NCBI GenBank assembly: GCA_963745025.1
Contig: CAVUWD010000013.1
Location: 192,001-256,000, forward strand
Direction of reading: 5' to 3'
Origin: an uncultured delta proteobacterium
GTDB taxonomy: Bacteria; Desulfobacterota; Binatia; JACPRU01
Length of the DNA stretch: 64,000 nt
A model generated the notes under the pieces. The model saw only the letters and a list, made by a program, of their open reading frames with translations, had not been told where the DNA came from and searched no databases. A program made the translations under genes and the position numbers. The stretch's first letter is position 1. Each line of letters begins with the position of its first letter. Positions 12,720 through 23,895 of this stretch are shown here, piece by piece.

Positions 12720-12797
12720 TCCCTTTCCTTCATGGGGATTCTTCGCTACGATCGATGGGTTGCGAAGTTCCACCCGAGGGACGGAGAAGGCATGGCC

Positions 12798-13142
12798 ATG
12801 GCAAATCTCATCGACAAGATCGAAGCCGAGCAGCTCAAGGCCAAGGTGCCTGATCTCAAGGCCGGGGATACGGTGCGAGTCCACGTGAAGGTCGTCGAGG
12901 GTGAGAAAGAGCGAATCCAGGTGTTCGAGGGGATGGTGATTCGGCGCACTCGCGGATCGAACCGCGCGACGTTCACCGTCCGCAAGGTGTCCTACGGGGT
13001 CGGCGTCGAGCGTACGTTTCCGCTGCACTCGCCTCGCCTCGACAAGATCGAGGTGATGTCACACGGTCTGGTACGACGCGCCCGGCTCTATTACCTTCGC
13101 GAGCTTTCGGGGAAAGCGGCGCGCGTCGAAGAGGCTCCGTAG
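12798..13142 (+). CDS. rplS: 50S ribosomal protein L19
   Basis: '[21 protein letters not shown]', '[10 protein letters not shown]'. Confidence 0.99.
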   Translation: MANLIDKIEAEQLKAKVPDLKAGDTVRVHVKVVEGEKERIQVFEGMVIRRTRGSNRATFTVRKVSYGVGVERTFPLHSPRLDKIEVMSHGLVRRARLYYLRELSGKAARVEEAP

Positions 13143-13146
13143 CCGG

Positions 13147-13639
13147 CTAACGCTTCGCGGCCCCGATTCCCGTTTGCACGGGCTCGTCCGCGAACCAGGC
13201 CTCCGGGCCCACGGCGCTCTCGCCCTCGAGCACGCCACCTTCACGGACGACGAGTAGCCGCGCCGTCACTCTGCCGACGAACCTCCCCCTCTCGCAAATT
13301 TCGACCTTGCGCGTCTCCGTGATCTCGCCCCGGACGACGCCCTCGATGCGCAACTCGTCGGCCTTCACGCAGCCTTCGACGATGGCGGTCGCGCCGATGA
13401 TGAGCAGCTCGGTGCAACGGAGCTCACCCTTGAGCTTGCCTTCGATCCGAGTCGGGGTGTTGAACGAGAGCTTGCCGTTGATGATCGCGTCGGCGCCGAT
13501 CGACGTGCGCACCTCGGTCTCACGGAGGAATTGCGGAGGCGGCGCCGGCGGCGCCATCGGCTGCGGTAGGCGCTGCTGGCGGCGGTGGCTGAAGACTCGC
13601 GAGCGGGTTCTCGGGGGATCGCTTTTGGAAAAACGCCAT
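13147..13639 (-). CDS. bactofilin (one frameshift in the N-terminal Pro-rich part)
   Basis: Beta-helix repeats 'IGADAIINGKL...RIEGKLKGE'. GGAGGAG RBS plus ATG at 13639 is out of frame with the 13147-13557 ORF. Confidence 0.85.
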
Positions 13640-13657
13640 GAGAAGCTCCTCCCAATC

Positions 13658-14652
13658 CTACGATGCTTCCGGGTCCGGTGGGAAGACGTGGCATGCGACG
13701 GCGTGGCCGCGCCTCCCGGTCACGAGCTCCGGCTCTTCCTTACGGCACACGTCTTGTGCGTGCGGGCAGCGTGGATGGAACGCGCAGCCGGCGGGTGGCG
13801 TGATCGGGCTCGGCACGTCACCCGCGAGCGGAATCCGCTGTCGTTTCCCTCGGGGGGTCGGCATCGGCACCGCCGAGAGCAGCGCCCGGGTGTAGGGATG
13901 TCGCGGTGAGGCGTAGATCTCTTCGCTCGGCGCCAGCTCGACGACCTTGCCGAGATACATGATGGCGACGCGGTGACTGATGTGCTCGACCACGCGAAGA
14001 TCGTGGGCGATGAACAAATAGGCGAGATCCAGCTGCTGCTGCAAATCCTGTAGCAGGTTCACGATCTGCGCTTGAATCGACACGTCGAGGGCCGAGACCG
14101 GCTCGTCGGCCACGATGAAGCGGGGCTCGACCGCGAGCGCGCGGGCAATCCCGATCCGCTGCCGTTGCCCGCCGCTGAATTCGTGCGGGTAGCGCTCGTA
14201 GGCGTCTTCGTGGAGCCCGACCTTGGAGAGGAGCTCGACGACGCGGCGACGTCGCTCCGGCCCGCGGGCGAGACCGTGGATCGCCAAGCCCTCGCCGACG
14301 ATCGCGCCCACGCGCATGCGTGGGTTCAGCGACGAATACGGATCCTGGAAGATGATCTGCATGAAACGGCGCTTGCGGCGCATCTCGGCGGCGGAGAGCG
14401 AGGCGAGATCGGTCCCCTCGAAGCGGACCGTCCCGGCCGTCGGCTCGATCAAGCGCAGGATGCACCGACCGAGCGTGGATTTGCCGCAGCCCGACTCGCC
14501 GACCACTCCGAGCGTTTCGCCGCGGCGGACATCGAGGTCCACGCCGCGAACCGCGTGCACGAATTCCTTGGCGGCGAAGAGACCGCCTCCGACCGCATAG
14601 TTCTTGACGAGACCGCGCACCTCGAGGAGCGGCGCTCCGTTCGTGGCGTGGC

Positions 14653-14656
<4 letters not shown>
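13658..14656 (-). CDS. oligopeptide ABC transporter ATPase (OppF/DppF)
   Basis: [25 protein letters not shown]; C-terminal Cys cluster. Confidence 0.95.
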
Positions 14657-15660
<1,004 letters not shown>

Positions 15661-15694
15661 CACGTGCGTAGGTACACTTCCCGTCGCGCCCGGA

Positions 15695-15822
15695 CAAGGA
15701 GGGTAACGGGGACGTTCTTAACCTTCGTAACCTTCATCGCGTTCCTCGCCCTAGGAAATCCTCGAAGCAGAGAGGCGCGATGAAGGTTACGAAGGTTAAG
15801 AACGTCCCCGTTACCCTCCTTG
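15695..15822. repeat. perfect 47-bp inverted repeat with 34-nt spacer (REPIN/MITE-like)
   Basis: 15695-15741 CAAGGAGGGTAACGGGGACGTTCTTAACCTTCGTAACCTTCATCGCG is the exact reverse complement of 15776-15822. Confidence 0.95.
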
Positions 15823-15855
15823 CCCCGCGAGGGACGACCCGGCATTAGACCGGGG

Positions 15856-17643
15856 GTGTCTCGGCGGCTTGTGCGCTTGTTGGCGACCCTGGTGGGGCTC
15901 TGCCTGCTGATCGAGTGCTCCAATCGCGAACCGTCCGCCCCGCCCGCCGAGGAGCCCGAATCGACCCGCGAAGGCGCGGGACCGCCGGTGCGCGGCGACT
16001 GGCTGGTGCAGTGGATGCTCGCCGATCCCCAGAGCTTGAATCCGCTCACGTCGACCGACGCGGCCTCCGCCGAGCTCCAGGGCTGGGTCCTTTCGTCGCT
16101 CACCACGCTAGACCCCCAAACCTTGGAGCAGCGGCCCGTGATCGCGACCGAGCTGCCGCAGGTTGCCCCGGATCATTTGACGTACACGTTTCACATCCGC
16201 AACGACGCGACGTTTTCCGACGGCAAGCCGTTGACCGCCGCAGACGTCCTCTTCTCGATCAAGGCGATCAAGGACCCCGAAGTGAACGCGCCGTCGCTGC
16301 GCAACTACTATTTGTCCGTGGCCGATGCGCGGGCGGTCGACGATTCGACGGTCGAATTTCGCTGCTCGGAGCCGTATTTTCGCAACGACGTCATCCTCGG
16401 CGGAATCTCGATTCTCGCCAGGCACTTCTACGACCCACACGGCGAGCTGGACGGCGTCTCCGTCGCCGACTTGAACCGCTGGGATACGCTCGCGCCCGAC
16501 AAGAAGCAGCGAGCGCTGCGCTTCGCGCAATCGTTCAACCGCGACTTCCATCGCAAGATCCTCGGTTCGGGGGCGTATGATCTGGCCGACCCCGACCGCG
16601 ACCTGATCACCGGCGAGCGCATCGTTCTCCGTCATCGCAACGACTTCTGGGCGCCAGGAGACGTCATGCGTGGCGACGGCTACGTCGACCGACTGCTGTT
16701 CCGGGTCATCAACAACCCGGATGCAGCGCTCATCGCGCTCAAAGCCGGGACGCTCGACATCATGGGACTACTGCCGCTGCAGCACTTGAAGCAAACCGAC
16801 ACTCCGGGTTTCCGCAAGCGCTTCGCCAAGCAAATCGCGTTCACGCCTTCGTACACGTACGTTGGCTGGAATGAGCTACGGCCGATGTTCCGCGAGACGG
16901 CCGTGCGCCAGGCGCTGTCGCGCCTGGTCGACCGTGACCGCATCATCTCCAAGGTGCTCTTCGGTTACGGGGAGAAGATCGACTCGCCCGTCTATCGATT
17001 CAGCCCCGAATACGACGCCGACTTGAAGAGCTATACGTTCGATCCCGAGCGGGCGAAAAAACAGCTCGACGACGCAGGATGGACGGACCATGACGGTGAC
17101 GGAATTCGCGACAAGGTCGTCGATGGCGTGCGCACGCCGCTTGGCTTCGAGATCATCTCGAACTCCGGAAACACCACGCGCAAGAACATCGGCTTGATCG
17201 TCATCGACGAGATGCGTCGCGCCGGAATCGATGCGACGTTTCGCGAAGTGGACTGGTCGATCATGCTCGAGAAGGTGGAGAAATTCGACTACGACGCGGT
17301 GATCCTCGGCTGGCAATTCTCGCCCGCCGACCCCGATCTGTATCAGGTCTGGCATTCGAGCCAGGCGGTGCCCGGCGGTGGAAACATGGTCGCCTTCAAG
17401 AATGCCGCGGCCGACGAGATCTTGGTGGACTATCGGCGCGAGTTCGACAAGGACAAGCGCATCGCGCTCTATCGCCGCCTTCAAGAGATCATCCTCGAGG
17501 AGGCTCCCTACACGTTTCTCTACATGCCGAAGTCGATCACCGCCTTCGATCGGCGGTTTCGCGATACGAAGTGGTATCCCACCGGCGGTCCTCGCTTGAG
17601 CGAGTGGTGGGTGCCGCGTGTCGCTCAGAAGTACGGGATGTAA
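15856..17643 (+). CDS. peptide ABC transporter substrate-binding protein, family 5 (start uncertain)
   Basis: 'ADPQSLNP', 'FSDGKPLTAADVLFS', 'VRQALS..VDR'; N-terminal signal with Cys. Confidence 0.93.
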   Translation: MSRRLVRLLATLVGLCLLIECSNREPSAPPAEEPESTREGAGPPVRGDWLVQWMLADPQSLNPLTSTDAASAELQGWVLSSLTTLDPQTLEQRPVIATELPQVAPDHLTYTFHIRNDATFSDGKPLTAADVLFSIKAIKDPEVNAPSLRNYYLSVADARAVDDSTVEFRCSEPYFRNDVILGGISILARHFYDPHGELDGVSVADLNRWDTLAPDKKQRALRFAQSFNRDFHRKILGSGAYDLADPDRDLITGERIVLRHRNDFWAPGDVMRGDGYVDRLLFRVINNPDAALIALKAGTLDIMGLLPLQHLKQTDTPGFRKRFAKQIAFTPSYTYVGWNELRPMFRETAVRQALSRLVDRDRIISKVLFGYGEKIDSPVYRFSPEYDADLKSYTFDPERAKKQLDDAGWTDHDGDGIRDKVVDGVRTPLGFEIISNSGNTTRKNIGLIVIDEMRRAGIDATFREVDWSIMLEKVEKFDYDAVILGWQFSPADPDLYQVWHSSQAVPGGGNMVAFKNAAADEILVDYRREFDKDKRIALYRRLQEIILEEAPYTFLYMPKSITAFDRRFRDTKWYPTGGPRLSEWWVPRVAQKYGM

Positions 17644-17649
17644 CTCACG

Positions 17650-18678
17650 ATGCTGCGCTACGCGCTGCGGCGAGTGCTGTTGATGATCCCGACGTTCGTC
17701 GGGATCACCTTCATTGCCTTTTTGATTATGCACCTCGCACCCGGTGATCCGGTCGAGCTCTATTTCCACGGGGGCCTCGCGGCGGGAATCCAGGGGGCGA
17801 GCACGGAGCGCTTGGCCGACATCCAGAAAGCCAAGGAGGCCGAGCGCCGCCGCCTCGGTCTCGATCGGCCGCTGCCCGTGCAGTACGCGGTCTGGTTCGA
17901 GCGGCTGGTGACGCTGGATCTCGGCGAGAGCTTCAAGGACAACCGCCCCGTCTGGGACAAGATCCGCGAGCGGCTGCCGGTGACGATCACGCTCAATCTG
18001 GTCTCGATCTTCCTCACGTACCTGATCGCCATCCCGCTCGGCATCTATTCCTCGGTGCGCGCCGGATCGTGGCTGGACTCGCTGTCGACGACCTCGGTCT
18101 TCATGCTCTACTCGCTGCCGTCGTTCTGGGTGGGGACGTTGATCCTCATCTACTTCTGCGGCGGCGACTATTTTCTGTGGTTCCCGCCGGCCGGCCTTCA
18201 TTCGCTCGACTACGATCCTTCCTGGCCGCTGTTGCGGCAGCTGCGCGACTACTCGTGGCACATCGCCATGCCGGTCGTGTGCGAGACCTACGCGGCGTTC
18301 GCGGCGCTCTCGCGTTACATGCGGAGCTCGATGCTCGAGAACGCGCTGCAAGACTACGTGCGCACCGCGCGCGCCAAAGGTCTCCCCGAGCGCGTGGTGA
18401 TTCTCAAGCACATTCTGCGCAACTCGTTGATCCCGATGGTGACCATGCTGGCCGATCTGTTGCCGTCACTCATCGGCGGATCGGTGATCATCGAGACGAT
18501 CTTCTCGATTCCCGGCATCGGCCAGCTCGGCTATCAGGCGGTGCTGGCGCGCGACTACCCGGTGGTGCTCGGCCTCTTCGCGATCAGCTCGGCGCTCACG
18601 CTGGTCGGCATCCTGCTCGCCGATCTGCTGCTCGCGGTCGTCGATCCGCGCATCAGCTTTGGAAGGGCGGAGCAATGA
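17650..18678 (+). CDS. peptide ABC permease (OppB)
   Basis: 'DYVRTARAKGL', 'ETIFSIPGIG', 'RDYPVV'. Confidence 0.95.
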   Translation: MLRYALRRVLLMIPTFVGITFIAFLIMHLAPGDPVELYFHGGLAAGIQGASTERLADIQKAKEAERRRLGLDRPLPVQYAVWFERLVTLDLGESFKDNRPVWDKIRERLPVTITLNLVSIFLTYLIAIPLGIYSSVRAGSWLDSLSTTSVFMLYSLPSFWVGTLILIYFCGGDYFLWFPPAGLHSLDYDPSWPLLRQLRDYSWHIAMPVVCETYAAFAALSRYMRSSMLENALQDYVRTARAKGLPERVVILKHILRNSLIPMVTMLADLLPSLIGGSVIIETIFSIPGIGQLGYQAVLARDYPVVLGLFAISSALTLVGILLADLLLAVVDPRISFGRAEQ

Positions 18679-19688
18679 GCAACGAGCGGTCGCAGAGCTA
18701 CCGCGCGCTCGTCTGGCGGCAGTTCCGCAAGAACCGCCGCGCCGTGGCGAGCCTCTACGGCATCTTCGCGCTGCTCGGCGTTGCGCTCTTTGCCGACCTC
18801 ATCGCCAACGACATGCCGTACTACGTCGTGATGAACGGCCGCACGTACTTCCCGATCGCGATCGACTACGGCGCGCGCCTCGGCCTCGTCTCGTGGCCCG
18901 GGGCGCTTCGCGGGGTGGACTTCAAGAAGCTCCCGAACGAAGGGGCGCTGTTTCCGCCGATTCCGTACTTGCCCCGGCGCGCGGATCTGTCGGAGGAATC
19001 GTTCTCACCGCCGACGGCCCGACATTGGCTCGGCACCGATCAGCTCGGCCGCGACGTGGCGAGCGGCATGGTCCACGGCGCTCGCATCTCGCTGACGATC
19101 GGCATCGTCGTGGCGGGCATCCAGCTCACGGTTGGGATCCTCCTCGGCGGACTCGCCGGGTACTACGGCGGCTGGGTCGACCTGGCGCTCTCGCGCGTCT
19201 TCGAGCTCATGCTGGCGATCCCGACTTTCTTCCTGATCCTCACGGTCGCGGCGGTGCTGCCGCCATCGATCTACAACGTGATGGCGATCCTCGGGCTCAC
19301 TGGCTGGATCGGCGTCGCGCGGTTCGTGCGGAGCGAGTTCTTCAAGCTGCGCGGCCTCGATTTCGTCACCGCGGCGCGCGGGCTCGGCGTGTCGAACTCG
19401 GCCGTGATGTTCCGCCACATCCTGCCGAACGCGCTGGCGCCGGTGCTCGTCTCCGCGTCGTTCAGCGTGGCTTCCGCGATCCTTGCCGAGTCGGCGCTGT
19501 CGTTTCTAGGCATCGGCGTTCCCGCCGACCTCGTCACCTGGGGATCGATCCTCGCCGTGTCGGAGCAGAACACGTTTGCGTGGTGGCTGGCAGTGTTTCC
19601 CGGATTCGCGATCTTCGCGACCGTGACGGCCTACAATCTGTTCGGCGACGGCCTGCGCGACGCGCTGGATCCGCGGCTGAAGGTCTGA
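18675..19688 (+). CDS. peptide ABC permease (OppC)
   Basis: 'HWLGTDQLGRD', 'RHILPN', 'GDGLRDALDP'. Confidence 0.95.
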   Translation: MSNERSQSYRALVWRQFRKNRRAVASLYGIFALLGVALFADLIANDMPYYVVMNGRTYFPIAIDYGARLGLVSWPGALRGVDFKKLPNEGALFPPIPYLPRRADLSEESFSPPTARHWLGTDQLGRDVASGMVHGARISLTIGIVVAGIQLTVGILLGGLAGYYGGWVDLALSRVFELMLAIPTFFLILTVAAVLPPSIYNVMAILGLTGWIGVARFVRSEFFKLRGLDFVTAARGLGVSNSAVMFRHILPNALAPVLVSASFSVASAILAESALSFLGIGVPADLVTWGSILAVSEQNTFAWWLAVFPGFAIFATVTAYNLFGDGLRDALDPRLKV

Positions 19689-19692
19689 GAGA

Positions 19693-19767
19693 CGGCTACC
19701 GGCTACACGGCTACCGACTACCGCAAGCGACCTCGCGAATTCTGCCGGTAGCCGGAAGTCGGTAGCC
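19693..19767. repeat. heptamer CGGCTAC tandem repeats with inverted copies
   Basis: Four CG(G/A)CTAC units, a spacer, then GGTAGCC/GGAAGTC/GGTAGCC, between convergent genes. Confidence 0.75.
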
Positions 19768-19772
19768 TCTTT

Positions 19773-20603
19773 TCAGCCCGGAGGCTCGCCCGCGATCTCG
19801 TCGAGGTCCACGATCTTGGAGCCGGGCGGCGGGGCGAACGAAAAAAGCTCGGGTGGAAAGTGGCCGTTCAGCGAGATCTCCGAATAACGTAGGTCGATCT
19901 TCGCCGACTGCTCGGGCACCTCGAAGCGCACTTCCCTCGGAATCGCCACACCCGAGACGGTCGTGTAGCTCGCATAGGTCGCCCTGTAGAGCACGTTCCC
20001 TTGCCGATCGGACTCTTCGGCTCGCACCGGGAAGAGCGTGTCCGGGTCGAACCAGACCGTCTGCGATCCGCCCTCGGCGACCGTCGCGGTCACGCGCCAA
20101 AGCCCCTGCGGCGGCTCGAAGGCGATCGACGGATGCCCGAGTCGCTGCCGCCCGGGCGGGAGGCCGATCAGCAGGTCGGCGACGTCGCGAAGAGCGAGCT
20201 CGAGGCGCGTGAAGCGCGCGAGATTGTCCTTGGTCGCCCTGCCCCGGTAGTACGTTCGCTCACCCCGGTGATACGCGGACAAGCGTTCGCCATCCGAAGC
20301 GATCTGCAGGGCGACGCCGAAGGCCGACATCATCTCGATGCGCAAGCGATCCGGCCGCTCGACGGCGACGATTTCCTTCACCGCGAGCTTGTCCTTGGGG
20401 CCAACGTAATGCATGTCGGCGAGAGCGCGAAACGAGTGGAGCGAGGCGGAGCGGTCGTCGACCGTGCCGAGAAGACCCTCCGCGGAGACCGCGGAGGGCG
20501 GCGCCGCGCGGGGTGGTGTTGGCCGCGCCCGCAGCGCCGTGCAGCCGGCGAGCAGCGCGACGACAGCAAGCGGCAGCAGCGGTCGAGCGTGAGCTCGGCT
20601 CAC
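19773..20603 (-). CDS. LolB/DUF4292-like lipoprotein
   Basis: Lipobox LAGC; 'PDRLRIE...FG'; downstream of a TPR gene. Confidence 0.75.
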   Translation of the reverse strand: MSRAHARPLLPLAVVALLAGCTALRARPTPPRAAPPSAVSAEGLLGTVDDRSASLHSFRALADMHYVGPKDKLAVKEIVAVERPDRLRIEMMSAFGVALQIASDGERLSAYHRGERTYYRGRATKDNLARFTRLELALRDVADLLIGLPPGRQRLGHPSIAFEPPQGLWRVTATVAEGGSQTVWFDPDTLFPVRAEESDRQGNVLYRATYASYTTVSGVAIPREVRFEVPEQSAKIDLRYSEISLNGHFPPELFSFAPPPGSKIVDLDEIAGEPPG

Positions 20604-22357
20604 GCGCCGGTCAGATACTGCTCGACCACGCTGATCTTCCGCTTCAGCCGCTCCATCTGGTCGGCGTCCTTGGAGCGGGCGAGCGCATCACGGTAGATGC
20701 GCAGGGCGTCCGCCCGTCGTCCGAGCTTCCGGTATGCGTCCGCCAGGTGCTCCGTCACGGTCGGGTCCTCGCCGGCGAGCTCGATCGCGTGCTCGAGCTG
20801 CTCGACCGCCTTCTTGAAGTCGCCGCGCTGGTAGTAGACCCACGCGAGGCTATCGAGATAGAAGCCGTCGTTCGGCTCGAGGGCGATCGCCTGACGGATC
20901 AATTTCTCCGCCTTGTCGAGATCCACGCCGATCTCCGCCCATGTATAGCCGAGGTAATTCAACGCCGCGGCGTTCTTGGGATTCAGCTCGATCGCCTTCT
21001 CCATCGCGCCGATGGCTTCTTCCTTTTGCTTGCTCTCGTCGTAGACCGCGCCGAGCGTAAACCAGAGCTTGTCGTTGTTCGGCTCGAGCTCCACGGTCCG
21101 TTTGAGCACGGCGATGGCCGAGTCGTTGTCCTTCTTCTCGCGGTAAAGCGAAGCGAGGAATCCAAGCAGATCGACCGAATCCTTCTTGATCTCGAGAGCG
21201 CGCTTGATCTCGACGATTGCCTCGTCGGTCTTCTCGTCCCGCTGCTTCACATAGGCCGAGTGGATCCGAGAATCGACGTAGTAATCCGAGGTCGCCGGGA
21301 TCTGATCGAACTCGCCGGCGGCCTTCTGGTACTCCTTGTTTTCCGCATAGACTGCGCCGAGATAGTACCGCACGCGGTCGTTCTGGGGCTCGGCCGCGAG
21401 CACGAGGTTCAGCTCGGTCGCCGCTTTGTCGTAATCGCCCTTCTCGAAGTAGATGAGCCCGATCTTGACGCGCGCCTCTTGCGGATCGTTCTCGATCTTC
21501 TCGAGTTCGCGGAACTGCTCGAGCGCGTTGTCGAGCTTCTTCGCGCCGACGTAGAGGCCGGCGAGACGCTTGCGCGCGACGGTGCTCCGCGGGTTCATGG
21601 CGAGCACCTTCTGATAGATCTCGACCGCCTTGTCGGTTCGCTTCTGCATCTCGTAGACAAGCGCGAGGTCGAGCAGCACGAGCTCCGACTGCGGATTGAG
21701 TTGCAGCGCCTGCTGGTAGAACGCCTCGGCTGCGTCGAAGCGCTGCGCGGCGGCGTTCACGCGACCGAGGTAGTAGTAGCCGAGGATCGAGTTCGGGTTC
21801 AGCGCGATCAGCTTCTGAAGCGTCTCGACCGCCTGCTCGGACTTCCCCTGCTTTCCGTAGAGCGCACCGAGGTAGAGGTAGGCCTCCTGGTTCTCGGGGT
21901 CGAACTCGAGCACCTTCTCGTACGCCGCGATCGAGCCGGCCTCGTCTCCGGTGGACGAGAGCAGGCCGGCGAAGAGCAATCGGGCGTCGGTGTTCTTGGG
22001 ATCTTGTTCGACGACCTTGCGGCATTGCTCGAGCGCCTTGTCGAGCATGCCCTTGCGCACGTAGAGCGTCGCCAGGCGCAAGCGCAGCATCGGCGTTTCG
22101 GGATCTTCCTGGACCGCCGCCTCGTATTCCCCAAGCGCGGCGTCGTAGTCGTTCTGGTTGAGCGCGATCTGGCCCTTGAGGAAATGGCCGAGCGCGCGAT
22201 CGTCGGACGTGAGCGCCGTCGGCTGCGCGGTGAGCGCGGCTGTCGCGGGTGACCAACCCTGCAACGCGGGTTGCGGCGTGCCCGCTCGCGGCTGGAGCGC
22301 GCAGGAGGCGAGGATCAAGAATGGGAGCAGAGACCAGATGCGGATGCGATCGTGCAT
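20600..22357 (-). CDS. TPR-repeat lipoprotein
   Basis: LASC lipobox, many TPRs, 'ALNYLGY', 'LDSLAWVYY', 'EHLAD'. Confidence 0.93.
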   Translation of the reverse strand: MHDRIRIWSLLPFLILASCALQPRAGTPQPALQGWSPATAALTAQPTALTSDDRALGHFLKGQIALNQNDYDAALGEYEAAVQEDPETPMLRLRLATLYVRKGMLDKALEQCRKVVEQDPKNTDARLLFAGLLSSTGDEAGSIAAYEKVLEFDPENQEAYLYLGALYGKQGKSEQAVETLQKLIALNPNSILGYYYLGRVNAAAQRFDAAEAFYQQALQLNPQSELVLLDLALVYEMQKRTDKAVEIYQKVLAMNPRSTVARKRLAGLYVGAKKLDNALEQFRELEKIENDPQEARVKIGLIYFEKGDYDKAATELNLVLAAEPQNDRVRYYLGAVYAENKEYQKAAGEFDQIPATSDYYVDSRIHSAYVKQRDEKTDEAIVEIKRALEIKKDSVDLLGFLASLYREKKDNDSAIAVLKRTVELEPNNDKLWFTLGAVYDESKQKEEAIGAMEKAIELNPKNAAALNYLGYTWAEIGVDLDKAEKLIRQAIALEPNDGFYLDSLAWVYYQRGDFKKAVEQLEHAIELAGEDPTVTEHLADAYRKLGRRADALRIYRDALARSKDADQMERLKRKISVVEQYLTGA

Positions 22358-22379
22358 GGATTGGGCGGCGAAGGGCGAT

Positions 22380-22826
22380 TCAGGTCGCGAACCGCTCGCG
22401 CGCGGGGGGTGGCCCCCCTTGCTGAGGGCCGATCCAGATCTCTCCACCGCGGTAGTGCTCCTTCTTCCAGATCGGCACGATTTCCTTGAGGCGATCGATC
22501 GCGAAGCGACACGCGGCGAACGCGGCGTCACGGTGGGCCGCGGACACCGCAATCGCGACGCTCGTTTCGCCAATCTCGACGACGCCTACACGGTGGACGA
22601 TGGCGACTGCCTTGGCGGAGAATCGCTCGATCGCCTGGTCGCCGATCCGCCGCATCTCGCGAAGCGCCATCTCCGGATACGCTTCGTACTCGAGACGGAT
22701 CACTTGCCGCCCGGCATTGTGATCGCGCGTGGTGCCGAGAAAGGTCGCGATCGCGCCCGCGTCCGGTCTGCCGACGGCGACGATCAAGCGGGAGAGCTCG
22801 ATCGGATGTTCGACGACTTCAAACAT
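22380..22826 (-). CDS. moaE: molybdopterin synthase large subunit
   Basis: 'GAIATFLGTTR', 'LEYEAYPEMA', 'SAAHR', 'PIWKKE'. Confidence 0.97.
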   Translation of the reverse strand: MFEVVEHPIELSRLIVAVGRPDAGAIATFLGTTRDHNAGRQVIRLEYEAYPEMALREMRRIGDQAIERFSAKAVAIVHRVGVVEIGETSVAIAVSAAHRDAAFAACRFAIDRLKEIVPIWKKEHYRGGEIWIGPQQGGPPPARERFAT

Positions 22827-23082
22827 GGCATCGCGGGCACCCGCCGCTCACCGGGGGAATGAACGCAATCTCGTCATTATCTTGGAGGGTCCTTTTGCTG
22901 TCAACGTACTCCTGGTTGACGGCGAAGGCGACGGCGCCGCGAAACTCCGCCAGCCGGGGGCGTTCGCGGCGGAGATCGTCCCAGAGCGCGCCGACGGTGG
23001 TCGGCCGAGCAAGCTCGCGGGTGAGCTCCGAGGCTCCCGCGCGCTCGCGCAACGCCGCAAAGAAGCGAAGCCGAACCCGCAC
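22819..23082 (-). CDS. moaD: molybdopterin synthase sulfur carrier (GG not terminal)
   Basis: 'FFAALRE', 'AVNQEY', 'IPPVSGG' followed by CPRCHV. Confidence 0.92.
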   Translation of the reverse strand: MRVRLRFFAALRERAGASELTRELARPTTVGALWDDLRRERPRLAEFRGAVAFAVNQEYVDSKRTLQDNDEIAFIPPVSGGCPRCHV

Positions 23083-23084
23083 GG

Positions 23085-23588
23085 CTATCCCTCAAGCAGA
23101 CCGAGCGCGTGGCCGAGCTCGGGAAGCGCGAGCTTCTGCATGGCGAGCTCGACGGCAGCGGTCGAGCCCGGCATCGAGAACAGGATCTTGCCCGCGACGA
23201 TTCCCGCGGTGGCCCGCGACAGCATCGCCGCCGCGCCGATCTCCGCGTAGCTGAGCATGCGGAAGAGCTCGCCGAAGCCCTCGATCTCCTTCTCGAACAG
23301 CTCGCGCACGGCTTCGAAGGTCGTGTCGCGCGGCGCGATCCCAGTGCCGCCGGAAAGAAAGATCGCCTGGATGCTGGAGTCGGCGAAGAGGGGCTGCAGC
23401 GCGTCGCGGATTCGCAAGGGATCGTCAGGAACGATCGTGTAGGCGAGAACCTGGTGGCCGGCGCCGGCGAGCAGCTCCTTGAGTCGCGCTCCGCTCTTAT
23501 CGTCCGCCTCCGTGCGGGTGTCGCTGATCGTCAAGACCGCGCACCTCGCGCGCTGCTTACCTTTGCGGTGATGCTCCCCAACGCTCAT
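23085..23588 (-). CDS. moaB: MoaB/MogA family protein
   Basis: 'LTISD', 'D.SG', 'GGTGIAPRDTT', 'LSRATAG', 'PGS'. Confidence 0.93.
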   Translation of the reverse strand: MSVGEHHRKGKQRARCAVLTISDTRTEADDKSGARLKELLAGAGHQVLAYTIVPDDPLRIRDALQPLFADSSIQAIFLSGGTGIAPRDTTFEAVRELFEKEIEGFGELFRMLSYAEIGAAAMLSRATAGIVAGKILFSMPGSTAAVELAMQKLALPELGHALGLLEG

Positions 23589-23647
23589 CGGAGAAATCGT
23601 ATCAGCCAAGCCGCGCCGCGCAAGCCGATTCGCGAGGCTCGCGGCAG

Positions 23648-23835
23648 GATCGCTGCGAATTCCGAGAAGCGCTGGAGTTTCCGGTCGGGACGTACTTGGC
23701 CCGACCGGAAACTCCAGCCACCGCGCGGAGCGCGGAAAACAATAACCCACGGAAGTGGTCTATCGCCTTCCGCGCTTGCGCGCGGTTGCGGTCGGTTTGC
23801 ATCGACCCGAGTACGGCTCGATGCAAACCGACCGC
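23648..23835. repeat. three-hairpin intergenic repeat, copy A
   Basis: 19-bp stem 23671-23718 (loop ACGTACTTGG), central hairpin with CAATAAC..GGTCTAT, 18-bp stem 23788-23835 (loop CCCGAGTACGGC). Homologous to copies at 47.7 and 51.4 kb. Confidence 0.9.
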
Positions 23836-23895
23836 GCACTGCGGATTGCCGAGCGTGCTAATGAAACTGAAGGCCTTCCGGACCAGGTCGCCTCG

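Noticed and set aside
23671-23835. Integron attC sites
   Set aside because: No RYYYAAC/GTTRRRY terminal boxes, no co-oriented cassettes and no integrase in the window.
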